A stretch of 64,000 bases of DNA from Proteromonas lacertae. Taxonomy: Eukaryota. Shown piece after piece: positions 11,771-24,800 of this stretch; position 1 is the stretch's first letter; the number at the start of each line of letters is the position of its first letter. The notes below the pieces were generated by a model. That model worked only from the letters and a program-made list of their open reading frames with translations, ran no database searches and was not told the DNA's origin. The stretch spans positions 1-64,000 of the forward strand of contig NGBS01000901.1 of the NCBI GenBank assembly GCA_002245135.1, given 5' to 3'. Made by a program: the position numbers and the translations under genes.

Positions 11771-12946
11771 ATGCCAATCGGTAACTTCAACTTCCAAAAT
11801 ACAACCAGAATCCTGTTTGGTAAAGACACCATAAAAGAATTACCTCAGTACTTACCAGAAGATAAACATTTTATCTTATGTTATGGTGGAGGTAGTATAA
11901 AAAAATTTGGAACATATGATGCTGTTAAAAAAGCGTTAGGAAAGAGAACAGTCGAAGATTTTGGTGGAATAGAAGCAAATCCAGACTTTGACACTTTAAT
12001 GAAATGTGTAAATAGAGTGAAAGATATCGGCGCTGATAAAGTATTTTTATTAGCTATAGGTGGTGGTTCTGTAGTTGATGGTTGTAAATTTATCGCTGCA
12101 GCTTCTTATTTTGAAGGTGATCCTTGGGAAGATTTATTATTGAAACAAGCTCCAATTAGTAAAGCAGTTCCAATAGCAGTAGTATTGACTTTACCAGCAA
12201 CTGGAAGTGAAAGTGATACATATAGCGTTATTTCAAGAAGAAAACTACATCGAAAAGTATCCCTTCAACACCCTTTATTATACCCAGTAGTGAGTGTTTT
12301 AGATCCTGAATTAACATACACTTTACCTGATAATCAAACAGCAAATGGTGTAGTAGATGCATTTGTTCATGTTTGTGAACAATATGTGACATGGCCATGT
12401 GATGCTGATTGTCAAGATCGATATTGTGAAGGATTAATGAGAACTTTAGTAAAGAATGGAGAGATTATTGTTTCAAATCCAAAAGATTATACAGCTCGTG
12501 CAAATATTATGTGGGCAGCTAATCAAGCGTTATATGGTTTACTAGGCTTAGGTGCCCCATTTGATGGTTCTACTCATATGATTGGTCATGAATTGACAGC
12601 TCAATTAGGATTAGATCATGGTGTAACATTGGCAATTGTTCAACCTCGATTATTTGGATATAAGATCGAACAAAAGAAAGAAAAGTTAGCAATGTTAGGT
12701 GAAGCTGTATTTGGAATAAAGAATAGTGATAAACTATCTGCAGCTAAAGAAACAATCAAAGCAATAGAACATTTCTATCATGATATAATGAAAGTTCCAA
12801 CTCGAATAAGTGAATGTAAATGTAGTCAAGATAAAAGTTGGATAAAAGAAGTTTGTGATCGATTCCGAAAAGAAGGAACGAAATTGGGTGAACATGAAGA
12901 TATTGGTGGTGATGATGCAGAAAAGATTTATAACCAATGTTATTAA
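11771..12946 (+). CDS. Iron-containing alcohol dehydrogenase, YqhD/butanol dehydrogenase-like
   Basis: FNFQNTTRILFG, YGGGSIKK, GGIEANP, GGGSVVDG, TLPATGSE, DAFVH, HMIGHEL...HG. Confidence 0.93.
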   Translation: MPIGNFNFQNTTRILFGKDTIKELPQYLPEDKHFILCYGGGSIKKFGTYDAVKKALGKRTVEDFGGIEANPDFDTLMKCVNRVKDIGADKVFLLAIGGGSVVDGCKFIAAASYFEGDPWEDLLLKQAPISKAVPIAVVLTLPATGSESDTYSVISRRKLHRKVSLQHPLLYPVVSVLDPELTYTLPDNQTANGVVDAFVHVCEQYVTWPCDADCQDRYCEGLMRTLVKNGEIIVSNPKDYTARANIMWAANQALYGLLGLGAPFDGSTHMIGHELTAQLGLDHGVTLAIVQPRLFGYKIEQKKEKLAMLGEAVFGIKNSDKLSAAKETIKAIEHFYHDIMKVPTRISECKCSQDKSWIKEVCDRFRKEGTKLGEHEDIGGDDAEKIYNQCY

Positions 12947-13463
12947 ATGATTTCACACATAAAAGAAAAGTAATTAATCTATGATTTTATATTGTTCTTT
13001 GAATATACATCTCTCTTCTAAAAATACATATAAAGTATTAAGAAATTTCCATAACTTTCTAACTTTCAATTCTAGAAATTTCTGTAACAAAAAAATAAAA
13101 TTTACTCTATAAGCGCAAGGATGAATAATTTCACTTTTTAAAATTAACATGATAATATAGGTTTTGATATATACCAATATATAATCATAAAATTGTATCT
13201 AATTTATTAATCACTTACTTTAGAAAATAAGAAAAAGACAGGATAGTTTAATCAATATATTGCAGTTAAGTATAAGTAAAATTATAATAGTTGGATGTTT
13301 AATAATCGTGGTTAGCCAGAAAATTGATTTTTAAATTATTTGAAACGGATATATTATTATCAAGCCTTACTTGACATTTAATATGAAAGGTCTAAAATAA
13401 AAACTATTTGTTTATCAAAAATCACTTTAAATTCAATTTATTTCATAAAACTTTAATAAGAAT

Positions 13464-15383
13464 ATGCCATTTGGAGATTATGAGAAGATACAGAAGCTAG
13501 GAAAAGGATCATATGGTGAGGTATATATAATCATATGTAAATTTCCTATAGGTTTTCTTAGTAAGGCATAAAACTGAAAAAAAATTATATGCAATAAAAA
13601 CATTGAACATAAAATGTATGGGTGACAAGGAAAAGAATACTTGTTATAAAGAGATTCAAATCATGAAGAAATTAAATCATCCAAATGTTGTTAAACTAAT
13701 AGTATTTTTCTATTAATATTTTTATAAATGTTATAGGAAAGTTATTTAAATGTTCATAGTTCTAAGTTACAAATAGTAATGAGTTATTGTGATGGAACTG
13801 ATTTAGCTAAAGTAATTATTAAGAATAAAATTACCAATAGATATTTAAAAGAATCCACTGTAATGAATTATTTTGTTCAAATTTTATTTGCTTTGCATTA
13901 TATACATAGTCAACACATCATTCACAGAGATATAAAACCAGAAAATGTATTTCTTTTAAGCAATGGAAGAGTAGTTATTGGAGATTTAGGAGTTTCTAAA
14001 ATGTTAGATACTACTACATATTCTAATGCAAATACTGTAACTGGTACACCATATTTTATGGCACCTGAATTATATCAACAAGAATGTTATGATTATAAAG
14101 TTGATATGTGGTCATTAGGAGTTTTGTTGTATTATATGGTTACTTATCACTATCCATTTGAATGTATGAATATAGGCCAACTATATATTAAAGTCACAAC
14201 AGGAAAATATAAACCAATAACAGATTACACAAATATCTATTCAAAAGATTTGGAACAGTTGATAAAGAAATTACTAACAGTTCAGCCATCCCGTAGAATA
14301 AGTTCATCAAGATTATTATCTAACTCATTTGTGAAACAACATTTAGTAAATTTATTTCATGATTCATTAACAAAACCATCTGAAAAAATGAGTCAATCAA
14401 CAATTACTATCAAAAACGTATTAAGTAACTATGCAAAAGAGTATGGAATGTATGTAACCATAGGAGAAAAAATTGATGTTCCTATTGAATATGATATTTA
14501 TATTAAGCAACTTGAAGATATTGGGATATTAGATGATATAGTAAATTCAATTTGGAAGAAACAAAACATAGAATATATATATGATATTAATAATCAAAAA
14601 TTGGATATTGAAGAACAGAAGAAATATGTAATAGAAGAATCATTAGAAAAAGTGAAGAAACAAAAAAGGATAAGAGAGAAAAAAATAAATAAGAGAATAA
14701 TAAAGAAAAATGAGAATAATGTTAATGAAAATAATAATATAAGAAATACTGCAATGATAGACACTGAATTAATAGCAGAAACTGAAAGATGTTTATCACC
14801 AACCTTAATATTAAATCAAAATATTAGTGATATTGATATATTTAATACATCAAATACAAATGATTGTGAAAATAGTGATATTGATACAGATAGTAGTGAT
14901 AATACTCAAGAGTTAAAAGATGATGGATGGGCTATACCAAATACTGATGAATTTGAAAAATATTCTGAAATAGAGAAAAAAGAAAAAGAATTACAAGAAA
15001 GATATGATGAAACTTGTAAAACCATTAATAATTTAAAGAAATATGTAGTTGATAAACAAATTAATATGAATGTTATTTCTGATAGTGATGAAAGTGATAG
15101 TAGTGATAGTGAAAGTGACAACGAAGATATTAAGGAAATTAATTTATTGGAAAATAGATGTGAAATTATGAGAATAGATATAATCAATAACATAGGAAAG
15201 GATAAGTATTACAAAGTATATAAGTATTTAAAATCATATGCAGATGTTTACCATTCTATTCCTATAATTGAAAATCCTTCAACAATGGAGGTGTTAATTT
15301 CAATCTTTCAAACAAATAATAAACAATATATATTGGAGTATGGAAAGAAAATATGTGATATAATATGTATGGAACACTTCTAA
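13464..15383 (+). CDS. NEK (NIMA-related) kinase
   Basis: YEKIQKLGKGSYGE; introns 13521-13551 and 13702-13736; HRDIKPENVFL, GDLGVSK, GTPYFMAPE. Confidence 0.9.
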
Positions 15384-15560
15384 TTAATTATAATAAATAT
15401 ATATTAATTAATTTTTATTATTAACTTTTTTAACAAGTAAAATATAAATAGAATCTGGGTGAGCTATTTAAATTAATTCAATTCTACCATGATTTATTGC
15501 GTAATCAAATATGATAAGTTGTATCTTTTATTTGGAATATAATAGTAGAGATAATACATA

Positions 15561-16154
15561 AAGCTCTCCCAAACCTCCAATAACATCAAATAGTCGACCT
15601 GGAACTCGAAATGGAAGAAGAATAGTAGAATTGAATGAGATGACAGTAAGTGTGAAGAAATCTTTGAGTGAAGTGAGTATATAATGTGTAGAAAGATAAT
15701 AAAAGAGTTGAGTATAAATCTACAATGTGAAACAAGTGATAAATTGATTTGTGATAAGATGGGAATTACATTTGAAGTAAATTTGAAAGAGAATTCAAGT
15801 AGTAGTACTTGTGTAACACTAAAGAAATGTGTTGGTGATAGTTGGATATTTAAACAGATTAGTTCGAGTGTTATTTGTCAGTTGAGTGTATAGAAAAGTA
15901 ATAAAATATACATACATAAAAGTCTTTTTATATTATTTTATTTAGTAGTTATATTTTTGTTTGTTTTTTACATTTATATATATCTCACAGCGAAGTAATA
16001 CTTCATTTAAACTAACAAATAGACAATTACTTAGATATTGGATATATTCCTATCTAATCCTCTAAATTAATCAAATCATTCCATGTAACACATGTATTAC
16101 TATTTTTGAACAATTCACAACCTTTCAATTATTTTAATGTAATATTTTATGTAA
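15561..16154 (+). pseudogene. Third partial copy of the SNF1-like 3' end and downstream DNA
   Basis: Matches 9662-10253 with a 2-nt insertion near 15680 and a few substitutions. Confidence 0.9.
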
Positions 16155-16610
16155 ATAATCACTAAAAGAGTTAGAAAATAAAAATTTGTCAATGAGTGTA
16201 TTATTATACAATCTACTTTACAAATACATAATTAGTTTTAAAATTACCTGATTTTGGTAATTATTTATATATTGAATATTATTATATATATTAATACTTG
16301 TATTCATAATTAGTAATGTATAAAAATATTTTTGATTGATTCTTATTATAAGCTTCTAAAAATGTAATACAAGTTTGAGTGTAATTTTTTTAAAATACAC
16401 GTACTCACCAACTAGAACCTTATATTTTTGAAATTCTAATAATTTCTAATTTTGCATGACCTCTCGATATGATGAGTATGAAACCCCCTTAAAATATCAC
16501 CTTCATATGTATTGCATAAATCAAAATATATAAAATAAGATAATCATTACAAATAAAAACAACTAAGTAAATTTTATGTAATTGACATAAATTGACATTC
16601 ATTTTTCAAT

Positions 16611-18000
16611 TTGCAGATGAAGGTAATAAAGAGTTCTATTTGTGATATTGGGTATAATTTATATAAAATTTATTACTACTCGGTATTTAGATTATGTCAA
16701 GAGATGATTTCAAAAGGCTTGAGTGATTTGAAAGTTGTAATTAGCAAAGAAACAGTGTATAGCATGAAATTCATATTGATTAATGGAAATGAAACATTTA
16801 GAAAGTTATTAGAAGATGAAAAATTTGAAGGTGAGTTAATTTTGTGTGAAGGAAGTAGTGTAGATGGATTTATAGAGATGGAGAAGTATTACAGTGGTGG
16901 TTGTATAGAAATACATAATGAAAATGTGATAAACATCTTATTAATGAGTATTTATTACAATGACAATGAAATACTGATGTATTGTATAAAATACATAAAG
17001 AATCATTTGAATGATGAGATGATATTGAAAATAATGAAATTAACTGATTTATATAATAAAGAAGAGATTGGAGAATTAATAAAGATAAGTGAAAAACATA
17101 TAAAAGAAAATGGATATAGATATTTGAATAATGGTATGAATTATATTGATATTATTATTGAATAGAAAGATTGTTGTATAAATTAAAGATAGAAAGTTTA
17201 GAGACAATATTAGAAAGTGAAAAACTGATTATTAAAGATGAGAATTGGTTATTATCTAGATTAATGAAATGGTATAAAAATGAAGAGAAGAAAATAAAAG
17301 AAGAAGAAGATAAGAAAGAATTGAATAAAGAATTCAAAATACTCTTGTTAAAATCAATTCACTTTGAGAATCTAAACATGGAAGAAATAGAACCAAGTGT
17401 ATTAAATGAATTGAAAATGATGGAAATGAATGAATATTTATTAGGAATGAAATAAATGATGAAAGAATAGAAGAAACAGTTTTGAAATATTATAACAATG
17501 AAGAAGAAAGAATTGAAGAAGAAGATTTGAGAGTGTTGAAGAATGAGAAAACAATTTCAATGTTATTGAATAATGAAGATATAAAAATGAAAGAAATTGG
17601 ATTATTAATAGTAATAGAAAGTGAAATTGGTTTTAAAAGTATTAATAAGTCTCTATAATTAAATTGTTATAGTATCTAGAAAATTGAAAAGAAATATATT
17701 TCTTCAATTAATAAATGAATACAATAGTATAGAAACTGGTAGAATAATAAAATGTTTATGTTTGTTTGTTGATGATATAAAACACATATCTACAATAGAA
17801 GATATTTGTGGAAAAGAAATTCTTTTCAAATTATTAAACTATAGTTGTTATTATTCTAAACAATCGAAAGAATTATTAAAGAAATACATAAATAGTATTT
17901 ATGACATTGATGTTGATGATGGTATAGAAAATGAAGAAGAAGAATTAAAACCAATGAAAAATGAAGAGATTTTGAAAGATATACAAACAAACAATGGATT
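16611..18000 (+). pseudogene. BTB/POZ-BACK-like family gene, probably disrupted
   Basis: GLSDLKVVI...YYSGGCIEIHNENVINILLMSIYY..L..YC is BTB-like; LESEKLIIKDENWLLSRLMKW is BACK-like; stop at 17453-17455 and a degraded 3' end. Confidence 0.6.
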
Positions 18001-18147
18001 ATCATTTTGTATAATAAGCTTCATATTGTTGTTGATTATCATAAATATAATATCATTCTGTCATTATTGCTAAATTTAACTAATATTACTTTGTTGAGAT
18101 TATGAATATAAAAAATACTTACAAACATTAACAAACAAATACATAAT

Positions 18148-18834
18148 TTAATCTTCTTCTTCATCTCTATCATCTTCTTCCGTATTGATTATCACTTTAC
18201 CTATTCTACTCCATGGATGTATTTCCTTATTATGAACTTTCTTTAAATGATCACTTAACTCTGTACTGAGTATAAATACTTCATTACAACCTGCTTCACT
18301 ACATTTATATGCATATTCTTTCTTTATTACTTCACCATTATTATCACTATATTCATTATTTCATATTATTATACTATGATAGTTTTATTTCATTATTCTT
18401 CTCTTTTAATAAACTCTCTTCTAATTTTAGTAACTTCTCTTTGGAACCTTTCTCTTGATTTATACTCACTCTCTCGTTTGTTCTATTTACTCCTTTCAAA
18501 ATGTTAGATACTACTCTCTTCTTTGGAACTAGCCGATTATATAATTCATTTCTATCTCTGTTATTTCGACTTCTACTTCTACTTCTACTTCTACTTGAAG
18601 AGGAAGAAGAACGATTTTTGTGAGTATGTGAATGTGAGTGAGAATGAGAATGTCTATGATGAGAATGATGATGGTGATGATAAGAATTATCATGTGATTT
18701 ATGTCTATAATATACTAACTAAACAAATACTCTTTTGAAGATTCTCTACCTTCTATCTTTTCAGATAATATTGAAGATTTTTTAGATAGACTTGTAATCA
18801 AATTCAATACATCTTTATCTTTCAAATTACTCAT
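18148..18834 (-). pseudogene. RS-rich C2H2 zinc-finger gene, probably disrupted
   Basis: YKCSEAGCNEVFILSTELSDHLKKVH near the 3' end; Arg/Ser-rich upstream; no continuous ORF. Confidence 0.45.
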
Positions 18835-18904
18835 CAATTTTAAAATATAAAAATTATGAAACGAATATAATTTTTAAACATTTTTAATTTTTAGTTTCTG
18901 TTTC

Positions 18905-19640
18905 AATACTGAACAGATATTTGATTCCTTCTTCACATAAACATAAACATGAATTAATTATTATTCTATCATCGCAAGAACTATACATCACATAAACCAT
19001 TTTATCTAAATAACACTCTTTATTTTCTATCTTCACTATTCACTTTTAGGATCTTATCTATCATTTCTTTCATCATTTCATCACATTCTACATCAAAACT
19101 GTATTTACATTTCACAGTATTCTCTTTTGTTTATCACACTTCTTTCATCACACTCTAATCCATTCAACTCTTCTGGGCTTTTGAAATTACTACATTAGAA
19201 CTCTTCAAATTATTTATCATTACATCATTCTCATTCAATATCATCAATTCATCACAGATTGAAATTATCATTCTACAAATATCACTATTTGATAAGCTAT
19301 TACTATGGATTATCTCCTCTAAATCTCTCAAGTAATATTGTCTCTGCAGCACCATCATATAACATACGAGAATCTGTATTTCTGATATAAAAGTGAATGA
19401 ATTACAACAATCTAACATTAAGCAATTAGTCTCATAGAATTTCAATATTTTATTTTCCTTAATTCCACTAATGTTTATTATATTCATCTTTCTAATACCA
19501 TCTTTATGTTTCACAACTAAATCTAACTCAAAATAACTCTTTTCAACTCTCTCATCTATCTATAGTATTTATATTACCATCATACTTCATAATCGGATTG
19601 TTCTGTTCTCTACAATACATCATTCATTGAATTATTCATT
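18905..19640 (-). pseudogene. Degraded paralogue of the kinase-like N-terminus of 30024-33358
   Basis: ILKFYETN..YLRDLEEII..ICRMIISIC..NLKSSN parallels 32129-33268; shared DNA tccttcttcacataaacataaaca; internal deletions. Confidence 0.7.
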
Positions 19641-20331
19641 TTTATTGTTTTGAGCATATATCTACATAAATTGGTATTTACACACATATTCACTTTTCTA
19701 ATCACATCAAATACAACATATTTCATTAACAACTGAGAGATTTCACAAAATTCAAAGTTCTACATCACCTTCTAAAATCTATTATGAAATGAATCATCTA
19801 TACATAGATATTCTTATATATTAATTATATTCTATATGTCATTCATATAATAATGAATAATAAAGGGAAATAGCACAGTGTGCCATTTCCCTATATGTGT
19901 TTTTGATTCAAAAAAATAGCCGTTTCAATGTGTGCTATTTCCCTATATTGTTTTTTCATCATTAGAAACGTTTTTAATGCATAATAAATATATCAATCGA
20001 TTTCTCTATTTATGCTGGGCTCATATATGCCCTTAGTTTGACTTTCTGATCATAATCGAAATTTAATTTTCTTAAAAAAATTCAAAAAACAATGATAGAT
20101 AGGATGGCCACCATACTGTGTGATATGACAACATATAGTGACCATCCTATATCAAATAAAACAAAAAAAAAATGAAGTTCAAGTCAAATCTTGAAACGAA
20201 TGCTTTTTTCAAAAATAGCTTAATTTCTTTTATAATTATTTTAAGGTGTTAATTAGCACACCATATAATTTATAAGTTATAATACTAACCCAAACAAAAC
20301 AAAACAAAACCAATTCAAGATTCATTATGAT

Positions 20332-20673
20332 TTAATATTCTGATTGCCATTCTTCTTCTTCTGATTCAATAAGAAAATCGCGTTTTACTACTTCTTTACC
20401 ATAAGAAAATAAATCTATAGTTTCTTTACCATAAGAAAATAAATCTACAGTTTCATTTCCATAATCAAATAAATTCACCACATTTTGTTGATTTACTTTA
20501 TGTACTTCTTCATCAACAACTAATATTATTGAATCTACATTCGATTCACAATTAACATTTCCTTTAACTTTATTTTGTTGTTCAAATTCAATAACTTCCA
20601 CTACATTTCCGTATTCATCATCATACTCTTGATTGTATCCATCAACAAAATCTCCATCCCCTAATTCAGTCAT
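20332..20673 (-). CDS. Acidic hypothetical ORF inside the TIR element
   Basis: 113 aa, Asp/Glu-rich, with a 10-aa repeat (VNLFDYGNET/VDLFSYGKET/IDLFSYGKEV). Confidence 0.4.
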   Translation of the reverse strand: MTELGDGDFVDGYNQEYDDEYGNVVEVIEFEQQNKVKGNVNCESNVDSIILVVDEEVHKVNQQNVVNLFDYGNETVDLFSYGKETIDLFSYGKEVVKRDFLIESEEEEWQSEY

Positions 20674-20887
20674 TGTATCAGATGTTAATGTTTTTAACGA
20701 ATCATATATATAATCAATTGTTCTGTCAACCTAAGGAAATATATAAAGATAATGCATACAATTGATTTACATTTACATTTTTTGTATTGAAAGCAATATA
20801 TAAACTCTTCCTTAAAATCCTTATAATAGTCTTTTCTGAATTTTGGGTCTTTTATCCATATGCATTTGAATCTTTCTACGAGAAACT

Positions 20888-21133
20888 GTGGATGATGATG
20901 ATTATAATGATGATGATGATGATGACAACAAGTTGTTAAAGGTGGCATCCACCAAAAGAAAGTGCAGTACATCTAAAGCTCCAAGATTCAAAAGAAAGAA
21001 GACCAATCAGAAAAGAAATTCAAACAGAAAGGAAGAAGACACCAGTACAGAGGAAGATGAGGATAATAACTTGTCACAATTTATAGTAGATGATGATGAT
21101 GATGTGGAGCCAGAGTACCAAAATGATTATTAA
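20888..21133 (+). CDS. Acidic/basic hypothetical ORF inside the TIR element
   Basis: 81 codons from a GTG; Asp runs flank an NLS-like basic stretch (KRK..RFKRKK). Confidence 0.3.
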   Translation: MDDDDYNDDDDDDNKLLKVASTKRKCSTSKAPRFKRKKTNQKRNSNRKEEDTSTEEDEDNNLSQFIVDDDDDVEPEYQNDY

Positions 21134-21873
21134 TCTCTGGTCCTAATTGATTCAAATGATATATTGTGTTTGTGTGGGAGTGTTGTTTTCATAATTTACA
21201 TAATTAATTAGCATTATAACAAGTCTTATAAGAAATATCAATAATAGAAAAATAGATGCGTTTCAAAAGTGATTTGGCTTGAACTCTATATTTTGTTTTA
21301 TTTGATATAGGATGGTCACTATATGTTGTCATATCACACAGTATGGTGGCCATCCTATCTATCATTGTTTTTTGAATTTTTTTAAGAAAATTAAATTTCG
21401 ATTATGATCAGAAAGTCAAACTAAGGGCATATATGAGCCCAGCATAAATAGAGAAATCGATTGATATATTTATTATGCATTAAAAACGTTTCTAATGATG
21501 AAAATACACTATAGGGAAATAGCACACATTGAAACGGCTATTTTTTTGAATCAAAAACACATATAGGGAAATGGCACACTGTGCTATTTCCCTTTATTAT
21601 TCATTATTATATTCATTATTCAAAATTTAAATGAAATGGCTTGATTGAATCAAACTAATGTCGTTTCATTTCTTTTATCATTTTCATTGCATAGAAATAT
21701 AATAACAGTATTTTATTAGTTAATATAATAAGTGTATACAACACATAACCATAATCAAGAATAAATAAATCAATAATGTCATTTTCTCCTATTCTTTAAT
21801 AAAGAAAATAAAATCAATAGAATGAGGAATATCAACAACAAATAAACAATTATACATAATTATCATATATAAA

Positions 21874-24800
21874 TTAATAATAATCAGAATCATATTTACT
21901 TTCTAAACTCTCTTTCTTCTTTTGACTTATATATAATTTATGAATTTCTTCACCTTCTTCACCTAAAAAGTCTAAATAGTTTTCATCTTCATCACTACTT
22001 AAATTATCACCATATAACTTCTTATCTTCAATTATCATCTCTAATCTTCTCTCTTTTTCATCTTTTTCATTTTCTTTTAAACTGAAAGAACATAAACTCA
22101 CTTTTCGATGCGGTTTTACATTATTCGTATAATCGATTAAACTTCGAATATTTGGAACACAACCTTTCAATTCTTTGATTTCTCGTTTCATTGGAGGTAG
22201 TTTTATATCATATTCTTCTAAGATATCTCTATTATCATTACAATATTTCATATTCATTTCCATTCGATCATTCACATTTTCACCATTTATTCCACCACAT
22301 ATTATCATTTCACGATCTTTACTATTTATATCATTTTTATTTAATCCAATTGATAATAATCCATTTTCATTTACTATTTTGTTATTTTTATAATCAAATA
22401 ATTCATTCTTCATTCGATCATTTAACATCTTTTCTTCTTCATCATCTTCATCTTTTGTTATATTCTCTTTCTTAAATATTAATTTATTACATTCACTTTC
22501 ACTCGAAGATAAATCAGATTTATGAATTAATTCTAATTCTCTTACTTTTATTATATTATTATTATTATTTCTCTTCATATTATTTATTTCTTTCTTACAA
22601 TATATAAAATGTTCTAATATGTAATCTACATCATATTTTATATCGAAATCTTCATCAATCTTATTTATAATAACCTCTTTATTTTCATTCTTTTCTTCTT
22701 CACTCATATCATTATCACCATTATATTTCACATTTTCTTTCTTTTTATCATTTTCTTCTTCTATTTCTTCTTCTCGATTAGATATTGGAGATATTATTTC
22801 TTCTTTATTCACATCAGTATTATCTATTACTATCTCATTTAATAATGGATAGTAATTTATTCTTTTACTCTTCTCCATATAATCAGTTGTTGGAGGTCTT
22901 TCGGATTTTACTCTCATTTCTATTATTCCTTTCTTCTTCTCTTTCATTTCTAATGGTTTAAAACTATCATCTACATATTTTATCACACTTTCTACATCAC
23001 GATTGGCTGGAATTATTCTACTTTTATTCTTAAATTCATTACTTCGATAGTTTGTTCCATTCTCTAATTTATCTTCAATCATTATTTCCATCATCTTTTC
23101 TAATTGTTTCTTTTTATTGATTTTTGGAACTTTTTTCACTTTTCTTTCTTCTGCTACTTCTTCTTCTTTTTCTTCATAATAACTATAATAACTTTCACTA
23201 CTAAACGTTGAATCACTCTTTATATGAGGTAATCGATGAACTAATGTGTTTGATTTTGGTCTTACTGTATGATATGGAGTAGCTGTTAATCTTCGATCAT
23301 ACTGAACTGAACTACCTAATTCAATCAATATTTCATCATCGATTTTATTATTCATTTTTTTACTCTTTCTACTCGCAGTTTTAATATATTCATTATTATT
23401 ATCAAAAGTATCAGTTAAATCTGTAATAAATGTGTTTGAATTGTATTTTTTAGATTTTATTTCTTCCATTTCTTTATCATATGCTAAATCAGCGACAGAT
23501 TTATTCATTAGTATTGGATGTTTACCAGCTTCTAATAATTCTTTATTTCTTTGAACTTTTTCTCTCAATTCCTTCAATGGATCATACTTTTCTTCTTTTA
23601 TTATTTTCTTTTCTTCTTTTTTCTCATATTTTATTGTATTTGTTACTTCTAAATCCTTTAATTTCTCATTTTGTACATTTATTGCTACTTGACTTAATAC
23701 AGTTGGAACTGATTGACTTTTAGGTAAATATTTTTGATATTTTTTAATTGAATTTTCACATCTTAAAGTTATACTTTCTAATGGATATTCGAAACTTCCA
23801 TTTTTCTTTTTATGTATATCAGGTAAAGTAGATTTACATTTTCTCATTGTATTAGCTGTATTAGCTGTATTAGGAGTAGTTGTTCTTGTTACTGTTGTTG
23901 ATGACAATGGAGATACAGATACAGCATCTGTATTTGTATTTGTATTTGTATTAATTGTATTAATAGTTTCAAAATGTGTATCATCTTGTCTATTCAATGA
24001 TAATGGAGTTGTTGGTGGAGATATTGAAACTCGTCGAATATTTGTACAAATTGATATTCCCTTATTATCTTCACTCATTTTACTATTTTCTTCACTCACT
24101 TTTCCACTACAAACACTATTATTTGCAGTGGATAAAACAGTTGTATTTTCATCCACTGGATAAAAGGTAGAATCTTCTAGAAATCCTTGTTTTGCTACTA
24201 CTTGTGAATATACAAATTTCTTTCTATGTTTCTTAGGGAATGGAGCCCAAATAATTTCATGATTATCTAAATAATGTAATGGTTTCAACGTATTCATTTG
24301 CTTATTTCTCATTCTCATCATTTTATTCAATTTGATTTGTTTTCGACTTTTTAGTTTGTTCTTACCAACAGTCTGTTCTTCTTCATCTTTACATTTTATT
24401 ATGTTATTTCCATTAATTTCTAATTCCTGTAATTCATGGTTAATACTTGGAGATGGATTTGTTGATAAGATTTCAGATTCAATTTCTTTCGTTATATCTG
24501 CTGAATTTATAGATCTTAAACTATCACTAAATTCATTCTTTTGTTTTTGTTTAAACTGTTTTAGTGTCATTTCATAATCATGGATTTGTTTTTCTAAGTT
24601 TATATCATATTCATTCTTCAAATTTTCATTTCTAAAATTCTCAAAGTCATCTTCTTCTAATTTTGGTTTATAACTATCAGTTATTGCACTCCACATGTGT
24701 AAACCATTTTCAACTGAATATTTAACTTCATATAAATTACTAAATGTTTCATAACTTGCAAATTTCTCACCATCTGGACGTAATACTTTCTTTGAATCTT

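Larger units (their letters stand above)
8696..11779. repeat. Right arm of 3084-bp inverted segmental duplication
   Basis: Reverse complement of 2838-5921. Confidence 0.95.
19847..21610. mobile_element. Non-autonomous TIR element with ~320-bp TIRs and 6-bp TSD
   Basis: 19847-20166 is the reverse complement of 21291-21610 (two mismatches seen). ATTCAT at 19841-19846 and 21611-21616. No transposase-sized ORF. Confidence 0.9.

Noticed and set aside
20385..20480. 30-bp tandem repeats as a possible CRISPR array
   Set aside because: No spacers, only ~3 units, in-frame coding repeat, eukaryotic context.
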